Below are positions 33,543-43,457 of a stretch of DNA of 57,147 nt, one piece after another. The DNA is from an uncultured Thioalkalispiraceae bacterium (GTDB lineage Bacteria > Pseudomonadota > Gammaproteobacteria > UBA6429 > Thiohalophilaceae), in assembly GCA_964516315.1 (NCBI GenBank), contig CAZEZI010000001.1, positions 1 through 57,147 on the forward strand, written 5' to 3'. Positions within the stretch are counted from its first letter, which is position 1; the number at the start of each line of letters is the position of its first letter. The position numbers and the translations under genes were made by a program. The notes beneath the pieces were generated by a model that was not told the DNA's origin, did no database searches, and was given only the letters and a program-made list of their open reading frames with translations.

Positions 33543-35969
33543 ATGACCGATTCACACAGTTTTATCCGCTGGTTCAATGAACTTAGCATTGACGATGTAC
33601 CCCTGGTTGGTGGCAAAAACGCCTCCCTTGGGGAGATGTACCAAAACCTCACGGTCGAGGGGGTACGCGTGCCGAACGGCTTTGCTGTCACTGCGACGGC
33701 CTACCGTGATGTGCTCGAACGCAATAATGCCTGGCAGTTACTGCATGAGGCACTGGATAGGCTTGATCCTGACAATATTAAAGATCTACAGGCGCGGGGT
33801 GAACAGGCACGGGCTATTGTTTACGGCTGTGAATTGCCTGATGGTTTGAAGGTGGATATTTTGCGTGCTTACACCCAGCTCAAGCAAGAATATGGTGAAA
33901 ATATCTCCTTGGCGGTTCGGTCTTCGGCGACTGCGGAGGATTCCCCTGAAGCCTCTTTTGCTGGCCAAAATGATACTTATCTCAATATCAGCAGTGAAGA
34001 TGCTTTGCTTGACGCTTACAAACGCTGTCTGGCTTCTAACTTTACCGACCGCTCTATTCATTACAAATACGACAATCATTTTGACCTATACAAGGTTGAT
34101 CTGTCTGTTGTGGTCATGAAAATGGTGCGCAGTGATATCGGTGCCAGTGGCGTGATGTTTTCGCTGGATACAGAAACAGGTTTTAAGGATGTGGTCTTTA
34201 TTAATGCGGCCCTGGGGCTAGGTGAAAATGTAGTTCAGGGCACTATTGACCCCGACAGCTTCTTTGTTCACAAACCGACCTTTAGCAAAGGCCATCGCGT
34301 TGTATTGAAAAGGCGTCTGGGTAAAAAAGGGAAAAAGATGGTTTTCACTAAGGCCCTCAATACAAACAATATCGCGGTGGAATACACCAAAAACATTGCC
34401 ACCAGCGCTGAGGAAAGCAGCCACTTTTGCATCACTGATGAGGATATCATGGTGTTGGCCGACTATGCCATCAAAGTAGAAAAGCACTATTCTGCTAAAG
34501 CCGGTTATTACAAGCCCATGGACATGGAGTGGGCCAAGGACGGTACTGATGGTCAGCTCTACATGGTGCAGGCGCGGCCGGAAACGGTCTCCTCGCAAAA
34601 GCGGGGAACCATGCTTGAAATCTATCATCTCAAAGAAAGATCGAACCTGCTTGTGCGGGGTCAGGCGGTCGGTACCCGAATCGGCGTTGGCAAGGTGCGT
34701 GTCATCGATGATGTCAAGCAGCTCAGTGATTTTCAGCCCGGTGACGTATTGGTGGCTGATACCACCACGCCGGATTGGGAGCCAGTGATGAAAATTGCCA
34801 CCGCGATTGTCACTAACCGGGGTGGGCGTACCTGTCACGCAGCCATCGTTTCAAGAGAGCTGGGCATCCCCGCCATTGTGGGTTCTGACAACGCCACCGA
34901 AGTACTGAAAAATAATCAGTTGGTCACTGTCAGTTGCGCCGACGGTGAGATCGGTAATATCTACGATGGTGCGCTGAACTTTGAGATTCAGCAGACCGAC
35001 CTCAGCGAGCTGGGGCACCCCAACACCGACATCATGATGAATCTGGGTAACCCCGATCAGGCCTTCAGCCTTGCCTCGCTGCCGGTGGATGGCATTGGTT
35101 TGGCGCGCATGGAGTTTATTATCAATGAATACATCAAGGTGCACCCGATGGCACTGCTGCATCCAGAGAAGGTGGATGAGGCAACGCGGGCAAAGATCGC
35201 TGCCCTCAGCTCGGCCTACGAGAGCCCGGAGGCATTTTTTGTCAACACACTTTCTGAAGGCGTCGCCACTATTGCGTCGGCGGTTTATCCGAAACCCTGC
35301 GTGGTGCGCATGAGCGATTTCAAGAGCAATGAATATGCCACGCTGCTGGGTGGGTCGTTTTTTGAGCCGGAGGAGGATAACCCCATGATTGGTTTTCGTG
35401 GTGCGTCTCGCTACACCCACCCGGCCTATGCCGAAGGCTTTGCCCTGGAGTGCGTGGCAATGAAGCGGGTACGCGATGAGATGGGAATGGGCAATGTGAT
35501 CTTGATGATCCCGTTTTGCCGCACGGTCAAAGAGGGCGAAAAGGTGCTGGCATCCATGGCAGCTCACGGTCTCCAACGCGGCGGGAATGGCCTGGAGGTC
35601 TATGTCATGTGCGAGATTCCTAATAACGTCATCCTGATAGACGAGTTTGCTGCGTTATTTGACGGTTTTTCCATCGGTTCTAATGACTTGACTCAGCTTA
35701 CCTTGGGTGTAGATCGGGACTCGGAAATCATTTCTTTTGATTTTGATGAGCGCGACCCCGGCGTAAAGAAGATGATTCGCCTGGCGGTGGAGGGAGCAAA
35801 ACGCAATGGTCGCCACTCGGGCATCTGCGGCCAGGCACCCTCCGACTATCCCGAGATGGCCGAGTATCTGGTGCAGATCGGTGTCGACTCCATGAGTCTT
35901 AACCCTGACACTGTGTTGATTACCACTAGCCACATTCTGGAAGTGGAGGCGCAGTTGGCGCGAAAATAA
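33543..35969 (+). CDS. ppsA: Phosphoenolpyruvate synthase (pyruvate, water dikinase)
   Basis: GGKNASLGEM, phospho-His loop GGRTCHAAIVSRELGIPA, and a C-terminal PEP-utilising TIM-barrel domain, 808 aa. Confidence 0.95.
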   Translation: MTDSHSFIRWFNELSIDDVPLVGGKNASLGEMYQNLTVEGVRVPNGFAVTATAYRDVLERNNAWQLLHEALDRLDPDNIKDLQARGEQARAIVYGCELPDGLKVDILRAYTQLKQEYGENISLAVRSSATAEDSPEASFAGQNDTYLNISSEDALLDAYKRCLASNFTDRSIHYKYDNHFDLYKVDLSVVVMKMVRSDIGASGVMFSLDTETGFKDVVFINAALGLGENVVQGTIDPDSFFVHKPTFSKGHRVVLKRRLGKKGKKMVFTKALNTNNIAVEYTKNIATSAEESSHFCITDEDIMVLADYAIKVEKHYSAKAGYYKPMDMEWAKDGTDGQLYMVQARPETVSSQKRGTMLEIYHLKERSNLLVRGQAVGTRIGVGKVRVIDDVKQLSDFQPGDVLVADTTTPDWEPVMKIATAIVTNRGGRTCHAAIVSRELGIPAIVGSDNATEVLKNNQLVTVSCADGEIGNIYDGALNFEIQQTDLSELGHPNTDIMMNLGNPDQAFSLASLPVDGIGLARMEFIINEYIKVHPMALLHPEKVDEATRAKIAALSSAYESPEAFFVNTLSEGVATIASAVYPKPCVVRMSDFKSNEYATLLGGSFFEPEEDNPMIGFRGASRYTHPAYAEGFALECVAMKRVRDEMGMGNVILMIPFCRTVKEGEKVLASMAAHGLQRGGNGLEVYVMCEIPNNVILIDEFAALFDGFSIGSNDLTQLTLGVDRDSEIISFDFDERDPGVKKMIRLAVEGAKRNGRHSGICGQAPSDYPEMAEYLVQIGVDSMSLNPDTVLITTSHILEVEAQLARK

Positions 35970-35972
35970 GAG

Positions 35973-36013
35973 CAGGCCCGCATGTGATGCGATCGGGGCT
36001 GCGGAATTTTGTT
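35973..36013 (+). terminator. Probable ppsA terminator
   Basis: GCAGGCCC (35973-35980) pairs with GGGGCTGC (35995-36002) with one mismatch, followed by GGAATTTTGTTT. Confidence 0.5.
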
Positions 36014-36292
36014 TAGTGATGGTCATTAATGGGCGAGACTGGTCTGGAAATGGCGCAGGAGTGGGTCAGACAGTTCTGACTGTAACCAGAGTTGCAGACA
36101 TCTTTTTCTCTCAGGACTATCGTGCAATGGAGAATGGTTTATGGAAACCCTGTTTCGATTCAGCATAACAGCCAATTTAAAACGGTAATTTGTGCTGCTG
36201 GACATCTGTTTGTTGAGGCAACCAGGCTCCAGTAGTACTTATATTTACTGATTATTATACAGTTATAATCAACACTGGATAGGAGAGCAGTT

Positions 36293-37630
36293 GTGCAAGA
36301 AGTATCTGAAGCAAAAGCATTTGGTCTCTGGAGTGCGGTCTTTTTGGGGATTGGCTCCATGGTTGGCGCGGGGATCTTCATCGTGATTGGTGAGGCAGGC
36401 GTGATTGCTGGCAACCTTGTCACGGTTTCGTTTTTGATTGGTGGCATCATTGCGTTTCTGTGTGGTTATTCCTTGAGCAAACTTGCTATACGTTATCCCA
36501 GTCGTGGAGGGATCATCGAATACCTGACGCAGAGTTATGGAGAAGGGTTCTTCTCCGGTTCGCTTGGGGTTCTGTTTTATTTCGCACAGCTGGTGGCGCT
36601 TGCTGCTGTGGCCAAGGCTTTTGGTACATATGCCACGACATATATGAGTGGCGGTGTAAGCTCTTTTTACACCAACGTTTTTGCGGTGGGTATCGTGCTC
36701 TTTTTTGTACTCATCAATCTTGCTGGTGCGGCAATGGTAGCTAAAGCAGAAAATATTATCGTTATTATCAAACTGGGTGCATTGATTAGTTTTACTGTGG
36801 CAGCACTATTTTTTATTGAGCCGTCTCACTTGGCGGTGGATAGGGCACCAGAGTTTATTCATGTTTTTTACGCATTAGGGCTGACGTTTTTTGCTTATCA
36901 AGGTTTCAGCGTGATTACTAACAGTGTTGAAGATATGCATGACCCAGGTCGTACCATGCTTCGATCAATGTTCTGGGCTATCGGACTGGTTGCGGTGCTT
37001 TATATTACCGTTTCCATTGCGGTGTTTGGTAACTTGTCATTGGATACGATTATCAAAGATAAGGACTTTGCCCTTGCTGAAGCAGTCCGGCCTGCCCTTG
37101 GATCATGGGGATTCAAGATTATGGCAGCGACCGCGCTACTGGCAACGGCATCTGCGATTAATGCTACGCTCTACGCTGTTACGCAGATTAGTTATACGCT
37201 GGCTAAAGAAGGTGATCTTCCTAAAGAGTATGACTACCATATTTTTCATAATACGGAAGGTCTTATTATTTCTGCATTGCTGATTGTGCCGATGATTTTG
37301 TTTTTTGATTTGGGGCAAATTGCCACCATCGCGGCAATTGCCGTGCTGCTGATTCAGGGGTTTACTCATACCGGGCATCTGTTTAAGCGCGAGGAGACGG
37401 GCGGTAATCTCTGGTTGATATTAATAGCTGTCATTGGGGCGTTCGGAGCAGCATGGTTTGCTATTGATTACACATTAAAGTTGATGCCCTATATCGTCTA
37501 CTATATTTTAGGTATTATTTTTGTGGCATTTATCTTTGAGGTATTGCTGCGTTTAGTTAATGACAGAGCGGTACGTAAACAGATTGTTTCAGGGCTTGAA
37601 AATGTGGAAAAGCGTTTTTTTAAAAGCTAA
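36293..37630 (+). CDS. APC-superfamily amino acid permease
   Basis: Twelve-TM pattern with an N-terminal GIGSMVGAGIF motif. GTG start with an AGGAG RBS. Confidence 0.85.
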   Translation: MQEVSEAKAFGLWSAVFLGIGSMVGAGIFIVIGEAGVIAGNLVTVSFLIGGIIAFLCGYSLSKLAIRYPSRGGIIEYLTQSYGEGFFSGSLGVLFYFAQLVALAAVAKAFGTYATTYMSGGVSSFYTNVFAVGIVLFFVLINLAGAAMVAKAENIIVIIKLGALISFTVAALFFIEPSHLAVDRAPEFIHVFYALGLTFFAYQGFSVITNSVEDMHDPGRTMLRSMFWAIGLVAVLYITVSIAVFGNLSLDTIIKDKDFALAEAVRPALGSWGFKIMAATALLATASAINATLYAVTQISYTLAKEGDLPKEYDYHIFHNTEGLIISALLIVPMILFFDLGQIATIAAIAVLLIQGFTHTGHLFKREETGGNLWLILIAVIGAFGAAWFAIDYTLKLMPYIVYYILGIIFVAFIFEVLLRLVNDRAVRKQIVSGLENVEKRFFKS

Positions 37631-37701
37631 TTTACGCATCGCCATTATCGTGAAAAAGAAAGCGTAACTGCTTTGAAGTAACTTATTTTGAGTCAAATAC
37701 T

Positions 37702-38070
37702 ATGAAGTTAGAAATACTCGAGACAGATAGAAATTCATTGGCACTGGATCGTACTGTTCTGGCAAACGAGCGGACATATCAAGCGTGGCTTCGAACCGGT
37801 TTGACAGCACTTGTTTCCGGGCTGGGAGTAGCTAAATTCCTGAAAGATGTGGTGCCGTTATGGATACTTCTGACAATATCAACCGTGCTCATCCTATTCG
37901 CTGCAGTGGCCTTTCTACAGGCAGCTTGGCGGTACAGTCATACCCATTTGCGCATGGCGCATCTCAATATCGAGGTAATGCCTATATGGGTAGCAAAAGT
38001 GGTCAGTGTGCTACTGGCGGGGTGTTCGATTCTCGCACTTGCTGGTTTATTAGTAACAGTCATACACTGA
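37702..38070 (+). CDS. DUF202 (YidH-like) membrane protein
   Basis: LALDRTVLANERTYQAWLRTGL signature and three TM helices. Confidence 0.7.
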   Translation: MKLEILETDRNSLALDRTVLANERTYQAWLRTGLTALVSGLGVAKFLKDVVPLWILLTISTVLILFAAVAFLQAAWRYSHTHLRMAHLNIEVMPIWVAKVVSVLLAGCSILALAGLLVTVIH

Positions 38071-38211
38071 AGCGGTGTGCACTATTAATGAGGTTGTATA
38101 ACTATGAAAAAATATCATAATCCAAGACTTGAAATGAAATCCGTTCAATCAAACAAGGGTGTGTTACTCAAACATCTTTCGGTTTGATGATATAGCTGAG
38201 GGGGAGTAAGT

Positions 38212-38772
38212 ATGAAAACTGATAAGAATGAGTCTCCTGTTCTAGCTGCTGGTGCAGGGCAGTTACCGGTGGAGAAAATTGCACTGGCTGTAGCATTTAT
38301 TCTATCCATACTGGGTGTCGGTATTACCGACTATGCACCGTTACAAAGTCACCGTTATTGGGGTGTAATGACGCTGGTTTTAGCGCTTTCAGGCTTGGCT
38401 ATTGGGTGGTCCAGAGCGCATTGTCTTGGTTTGCCTATTCTAAAGACGCTGGGCAAGCAGTTGATTCATTGGACGGCTACAGGGGTTGCAGTTGCTGGAA
38501 TATTTCTGTTGCTTAATGCAGGCCGACTGAACTATGAAAGCACAGGTCTTGTGCTGTTGGTTGTGCTGGGATTAGCGACATTCCTCGATGGTTATCGTCT
38601 CAACTGGCATTTCAGTCTGGTCGGTCTGTTGATATTCATCTCAGCCATTACTGCCGCCTACATCGAAGAGTACTTGTGGATTTTGTTAATCATAGTGATA
38701 GGCATAATAGTTACTATTTTTTTTCGGGAGAGACATAAAAGATCAGGGTATCATCAGGTACCGGTAGAATAG
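38212..38772 (+). CDS. Hypothetical integral membrane protein
   Basis: Five hydrophobic helices, with a GGGGAG RBS upstream. No family recognised. Confidence 0.5.
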   Translation: MKTDKNESPVLAAGAGQLPVEKIALAVAFILSILGVGITDYAPLQSHRYWGVMTLVLALSGLAIGWSRAHCLGLPILKTLGKQLIHWTATGVAVAGIFLLLNAGRLNYESTGLVLLVVLGLATFLDGYRLNWHFSLVGLLIFISAITAAYIEEYLWILLIIVIGIIVTIFFRERHKRSGYHQVPVE

Positions 38773-38777
38773 CCTTC

Positions 38778-39356
38778 ATGATTGATCTTTTTACGAATTT
38801 TCATTCGTTCCTCTCGCACTATGGTTTGATTATTGTCTTTGTTGGTGCAGTACTGGAGGGTGAAACTGTTATTCTTCTGGTGGGTGTGCTCTACCATCAA
38901 GGTACTTTATCTTTTGAATTGACTATCATGGTGGCTGCCCTGGGTGCCTTTACCGGAGACCAATTCTGGTTCTATCTCGGGCGTCGCTATGGGCAGGGTG
39001 TTTTATCGCGATTTCCGAAACTGGTGAAACAGGCAGACAAGGTGCGACCTTGGGTGAAACAAAAGTCTGACTGGATTGCTGTTGGCTCCCGCTTTGTCTA
39101 TGGCTCCCGTATCGCCGCCCCGATGTTACTGGGTATGAATGGCTATTCACCAATGCGTTTTGCGTTGTTCAATAGTCTCAGTGCAAGCGTATGGGCGATG
39201 GCAGTTGTGGGTGTAGGCTATCTTGTTGGTGCTAGCACCGAACAGCTCTTTGGTCGGATCAAACATATCGAGCAATTGTTGCTGGTCATTATTCTGGTGA
39301 TGTTGGTTCGATGGTGGTATCGATATAAAAAATTATCCCATGGTGCAGGCAAGTAA
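38778..39356 (+). CDS. DedA-family membrane protein
   Basis: The pattern VFVGAVLEGETVILLVG…GAFTGDQFWFYLGRRYG is typical of DedA/SNARE-associated proteins. Confidence 0.8.
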   Translation: MIDLFTNFHSFLSHYGLIIVFVGAVLEGETVILLVGVLYHQGTLSFELTIMVAALGAFTGDQFWFYLGRRYGQGVLSRFPKLVKQADKVRPWVKQKSDWIAVGSRFVYGSRIAAPMLLGMNGYSPMRFALFNSLSASVWAMAVVGVGYLVGASTEQLFGRIKHIEQLLLVIILVMLVRWWYRYKKLSHGAGK

Positions 39357-39357
39357 C

Positions 39358-40761
39358 ATGTTTGAAAGTATTGAACCATTTAGTCTTGTCTGGGTTGCCT
39401 TGCTGCATAGCGCTACTGTCATTGGTGTTTTGCTGACACTGCTACTGATTTCCCAGATTTTACGCAGTCGGCGCATACCATCGGCATCAATGGGCTGGCT
39501 TTTAGTTATTATTTTCTTACCTGTTATTGGTATTCCACTTTACCTTACCTTTGGAGAACGGAAGCTTAAAACCCGTATAAAGCAGAAAGGTCAACTGGAT
39601 CTGCCGGATACCCCCGACAATTATGGTCATTCAATGAACGCATTGCTGATCTCTCTTGGTATTCCTTCAGCCAGCGGTGGTAATTTTGTACGCTTTCATG
39701 AGGATGGGGTGGTGGCCTGGCAGGCATTACTTGAGTTGTTGGAGGGGGCACAGCAAAGCATCGATATTGCCATTTTCATACTGGCAGATGATCGAGCCGG
39801 AAGGAAGATACTCTCTCTGCTGGAAGATAAAGTAACTCAAGGCGTTAAGGTACGGCTGTTACTTGATGGGGTCGGCTCATTTTGGTTACCTAAAAAGAGC
39901 TTGCTACCGCTTGCAAGGCATGGTGGTCAGATCGCCTGGTTTATTCCGGTGTTTCATCGCCCGCTTCGTGGTAGAACGAATTTACGAAATCACAGAAAAA
40001 TGATTATTGTCGATCATGAAAAAGTCTGGTCCGGTGGACGCAATCTGGTGTCTGAATATTTTGCCCCTGACAGTGCAAACAATCGCTGGATAGATTTAAG
40101 CTTCACCCAGCAAGGCTCTGTTGTGTCTACTTATGGCGCAATTTTTGATGCAGACTGGCATTTCGCAACCCATACACCGATGGATAATGAAGCGGAGATC
40201 TCTCGAACACAACCTAAAGGAGAGAGCCGTGTTCAGATCATTCCGTCAGGCCCGGATGTTGCCGATGATCCAATCTATGCGGCGATATTGATGGCATGCT
40301 ATACGGCAAGTCAACGCATCATGATTGTTACGCCCTACTATGTGCCCGATACAGGACTGCAGGAAGCCCTAAAGCTGGCGGCTCTGCGCGGTGTTGTGGT
40401 TGATATGATGTTACCCGAGAAATCGAATCATGGCTTCGCCGACATTGCACGCAGTCGTTATTTGCGCGAGCTTGCCAAAGCGGGGGTACGAATCTGGTTT
40501 CTGCTCGATAGCATGGTTCACGCGAAGGCTTTGGTTATTGACCATTCGTTTGCTATGGCTGGCTCGGCTAATCTGGACATCCGTAGCCTGTTCTTTAATT
40601 GTGAAGTGATGAGCGGTTTCTATAGTGATGTTGACATCCAGTGGTTAGCAAACTGGCTTGAAGTATTACGTGACCGTTCTGTTCGTCATCACCCGCAGCC
40701 GGTGGGAGCGTTCAGGGAAATGCTTGAGGGGCTGACGTTGTTGGGAGCTTATCAGCTTTAA
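39358..40761 (+). CDS. cls: Cardiolipin synthase (PLD superfamily)
   Basis: Two HKD motifs (HRKMIIVDHEKVWSGGRN and HAKALVIDHSFAMAGSANLD) and two N-terminal TM helices. The ATG lies 1 nt after the DedA stop. Confidence 0.9.
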   Translation: MFESIEPFSLVWVALLHSATVIGVLLTLLLISQILRSRRIPSASMGWLLVIIFLPVIGIPLYLTFGERKLKTRIKQKGQLDLPDTPDNYGHSMNALLISLGIPSASGGNFVRFHEDGVVAWQALLELLEGAQQSIDIAIFILADDRAGRKILSLLEDKVTQGVKVRLLLDGVGSFWLPKKSLLPLARHGGQIAWFIPVFHRPLRGRTNLRNHRKMIIVDHEKVWSGGRNLVSEYFAPDSANNRWIDLSFTQQGSVVSTYGAIFDADWHFATHTPMDNEAEISRTQPKGESRVQIIPSGPDVADDPIYAAILMACYTASQRIMIVTPYYVPDTGLQEALKLAALRGVVVDMMLPEKSNHGFADIARSRYLRELAKAGVRIWFLLDSMVHAKALVIDHSFAMAGSANLDIRSLFFNCEVMSGFYSDVDIQWLANWLEVLRDRSVRHHPQPVGAFREMLEGLTLLGAYQL

Positions 40762-40931
40762 TGTAGGCGTCGAGCGAACCTCACCTACAGAAAAATCAGT
40801 CGCACTGCAAACTCAGTTTCCAATGTAATAAATCTCCCATCTTTGCCTCGCTCAATCTTTAACACAAAGTGTGCCCGAAAGCGACAGGACGCCCCGCCAC
40901 ACATGTCTGTGTGAAAAAGAATTTATCTGGC

Positions 40932-40947
40932 TGTAACTTGGGTTGCT
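40932..40947 (+). promoter_or_regulatory. Cis-element-like site (TGTAACTTGGGTTGCT) upstream of the BON…ATPase gene array
   Basis: It matches the TGTCAC-N5-TTGC frame at 9 of 10 defined positions (A for the C of the first half-site), in the same orientation as the downstream genes, about 140 nt before the ATG at 41079. A 7-bp hairpin CTGACAG/CTGTCAG (40946-40966) follows. Confidence 0.4.
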
Positions 40948-41078
40948 GACAGTCCTCCCCTGTCAGGATTATCGTGTAAACCAAGCACTCGATCTCTATT
41001 TTCAAATGAGATATCTCGATACACGCCCCATCAGAGAACGGCAAATTTGATTTCAGCTTAATTTAAGAGGAAAGACTT

Positions 41079-42608
41079 ATGATGATAAAACACAAAAAAG
41101 GAATGTCGATGGCGGTAGTGATCCTGTTGGTTTCTCTGGTCGCCGCCCCATCATTTGCTATCGATAAGGTAGCAGATTTCGATATCAGCTCCTGGGTGCA
41201 CGATTCTCTTCGCATTGACCCACGCGTGGATGCGAAGAAGATCAGAGTGAGTGCCAAACGGGGCATTGTTACACTATCTGGTGACGTGGACAATTTGGCA
41301 GCGAAGCAGTATGCCGACCTTGAGGCCAAGAAAATTAAGGGTGTTCTGGGAGTCATCAATAAGATTACTGTGAAACCTGTCTGGCGTTTGGATGCTGATA
41401 TCAGGCATGCAGTAAAACGTCGTATTCTAGCTAGTACTGTTATTACGACGGAAGGTATCAGGGTCACATCCTCGAATGGTCAGGTTACGCTATCTGGTGA
41501 AGTCTCTGACTGGGGGGGAGCACAGCAGGCCGTTCTACTGGCTAGTGAAGTGCTTGGTGTGAAGAAGGTTACGAATGATCTTGTTGCTGTCTGGCACTCC
41601 GAACGCAGTGATCAGGATATCAAAAATGACGCGATTGCCACACTGCAGCGTGATGTGTATCTGAGTGGCCTGCCGATCACGGTCGCCGTCAATGAAGGCA
41701 TCCTTACCTTGACGGGCCTGGTCGGCAGCGTTTTCGAAAGTGATCGCGCCATGCAGAAGTTGCTCTGGATCGCGAATGTCAAAGGTGTTGTGAGTGACCT
41801 CAATATAAAAAGCTGGGAGGATCGTGGTGCGCGCAAAAAAACAGCCTCGCCTTCGGATGACGCTCTGAAGCACGCCATCAAAGATGAGCTGGATCAGGAT
41901 CCACGCATTGTAGCCAGCAATATCAGCGTTCGCGCCTACCTGGGAAAGATCACACTGGATGGTACCGTCGATAGTTATTACCAGCTGCGCATCGCTGAAC
42001 AGGATGCCAAGGATGTGGTTGGGGTAGGCTGGGTGGTCAACAATTTATCGGTTGCTGTCGTGCCTCGTTCCGATTGGCAGATTCAGGGTGACATCACGTT
42101 CAATTTCGACGTGGATTATATGCTGGATGGCTTGCAACTCAAGAGCAAAGTCAAAGATGGTGTAGTTACGCTTACCGGAGAGGTGCATAACTGGTTTAAA
42201 AAATACCATGCTGGCGATCTGGCGGCTGGTGTTCTTGGTGTTAAGCGGGTCATCAACCGGATTGCTGTTCATCAAAATCAAGCTAGCCTGAAAAGTGATC
42301 AGGCTCTGGTAAAGGACATCACCAGTGCTCTCAAGTGGAACTGGACTACCTGGCCAGTGCACAAAGAGATCAAGGTCAGTGTAAGCAATGGCATTGCCAC
42401 CCTGAAAGGCGATGTTGATACCTGGTCTGAGCGCCGGGAAGCCAATCGTGTCACATTTCGTACCGTTGGCATCTGGGCGGTTGACAACCAACTAACGGTA
42501 AATGGTTACGATTATCAGTGGGATAAATGGCTTGATAGCAACATTCCCGAGCAGTATGACCTTTACTACTATCCAGACTATCCCTACTACTGGTGGGATA
42601 ACAACTGA
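41079..42608 (+). CDS. Secreted protein with six BON domains
   Basis: Signal peptide (…LVAAPSFA). Six repeats of the BON pattern (e.g. IRVSAKRGIVTLSGDVDN, IRVTSSNGQVTLSGEVSD, ITVAVNEGILTLTGLVGS, ISVRAYLGKITLDGTVDS, LKSKVKDGVVTLTGEVHN, IKVSVSNGIATLKGDVDT). Confidence 0.85.
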   Translation: MMIKHKKGMSMAVVILLVSLVAAPSFAIDKVADFDISSWVHDSLRIDPRVDAKKIRVSAKRGIVTLSGDVDNLAAKQYADLEAKKIKGVLGVINKITVKPVWRLDADIRHAVKRRILASTVITTEGIRVTSSNGQVTLSGEVSDWGGAQQAVLLASEVLGVKKVTNDLVAVWHSERSDQDIKNDAIATLQRDVYLSGLPITVAVNEGILTLTGLVGSVFESDRAMQKLLWIANVKGVVSDLNIKSWEDRGARKKTASPSDDALKHAIKDELDQDPRIVASNISVRAYLGKITLDGTVDSYYQLRIAEQDAKDVVGVGWVVNNLSVAVVPRSDWQIQGDITFNFDVDYMLDGLQLKSKVKDGVVTLTGEVHNWFKKYHAGDLAAGVLGVKRVINRIAVHQNQASLKSDQALVKDITSALKWNWTTWPVHKEIKVSVSNGIATLKGDVDTWSERREANRVTFRTVGIWAVDNQLTVNGYDYQWDKWLDSNIPEQYDLYYYPDYPYYWWDNN

Positions 42609-42672
42609 GTGATGCATGGGGCGGGGTCGGGCCTCTGAACTCGGCTCCGTCGGGTAATCAACGGGGGAATTT

Positions 42673-43107
42673 ATGAATAAACTACTTATCATCATCCTGG
42701 GTACGACGTTGCTTGTTCTTGGCGGGTGCGCCAGTAGCGGTGTCACCGAGGTCAGACCTGGTTCGACGGCTTATCTCATGCACTATGAGGATGGCAGAAT
42801 CACCGGCATTAAGCATGTTGTCATTCAGGATACCGGTATGGGTGGCTTTCTCGGCACCATTGCGGGTGCGGTACTTGGCTCAACCATGGGGCGTGGTCAC
42901 GGCAATGCGCTGGCGACACTAGGGGGTGGGTTGCTGGGTGCCTATGTCGGGAATGAGGCTGGCAAGGCGAACGCCCAGGAACTAATGGTCGATCTGAACA
43001 ATGGTGACTCGGTCGTCGTTATTGCCAAAGGTCAAAAATTTGTGGTGGGGCAGCATGTCAGAATCGTCCTTAAGGACGGCATAGTCGTGTCGGTGGAGCA
43101 CAATTGA
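42673..43107 (+). CDS. Outer-membrane lipoprotein, glycine-zipper (SlyB/Pcp-like)
   Basis: Lipobox LVLGGC and a glycine zipper GGFLGTIAGAVLGSTMG…GGGLLGAYVG. Confidence 0.75.
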   Translation: MNKLLIIILGTTLLVLGGCASSGVTEVRPGSTAYLMHYEDGRITGIKHVVIQDTGMGGFLGTIAGAVLGSTMGRGHGNALATLGGGLLGAYVGNEAGKANAQELMVDLNNGDSVVVIAKGQKFVVGQHVRIVLKDGIVVSVEHN

Positions 43108-43157
43108 TCGACGTAAAACCCATCCTGGAAAATAAGGCTAAAAACAGGAGAATAAAA

Positions 43158-43457
43158 GTGAGCACACCCCCCATTATCAATGAAAAAATTCTGGGTAAGT
43201 TTGGATCCTACACCTTTGTAACGGGGATTCTGCTGGTTGCGCTGGGTACCCTGGCTGTTTTCCTGCCCAGAGTGGTGTCGCTGGGTATCGCAATTTTTGC
43301 CGCCTGGCTGTTGCTTATTGGTGTCGGTTTGTTGATGTTGTTTTATCCAGTCATAGGCGTGGCGGCCGTAGGTATGTGTATCAGCATTAGCCTGTTGCTC
43401 GATGGCTGGGCGTTATTGGCCATCAGCTGGACGTTACAAAAAGGCGCAAAAGAATGA
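43158..43457 (+). CDS. Small membrane protein (possibly DUF308/HdeD-like)
   Basis: Three hydrophobic helices. The GTG at 43158 is preceded by AGGAG. The stop overlaps the eno ATG (ATGA). Confidence 0.45.
   Translation: MSTPPIINEKILGKFGSYTFVTGILLVALGTLAVFLPRVVSLGIAIFAAWLLLIGVGLLMLFYPVIGVAAVGMCISISLLLDGWALLAISWTLQKGAKE

Noticed and set aside
38104-38187. A 27-codon ORF (MKKYHNPRLEMKSVQSNKGVLLKHLSV*) between the DUF202 gene and the next membrane protein gene
   Set aside because: It has no convincing RBS, no recognisable pattern, and nothing to separate it from chance in AT-rich spacer DNA.
40765-40792. TGTAGGCGTCGAGCGAACCTCACCTACA after cls, considered as a REP element or terminator
   Set aside because: Only the terminal 6 nt pair (TGTAGG/CCTACA), there is no T-run, and no second copy exists in the window. 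Evidence is insufficient.
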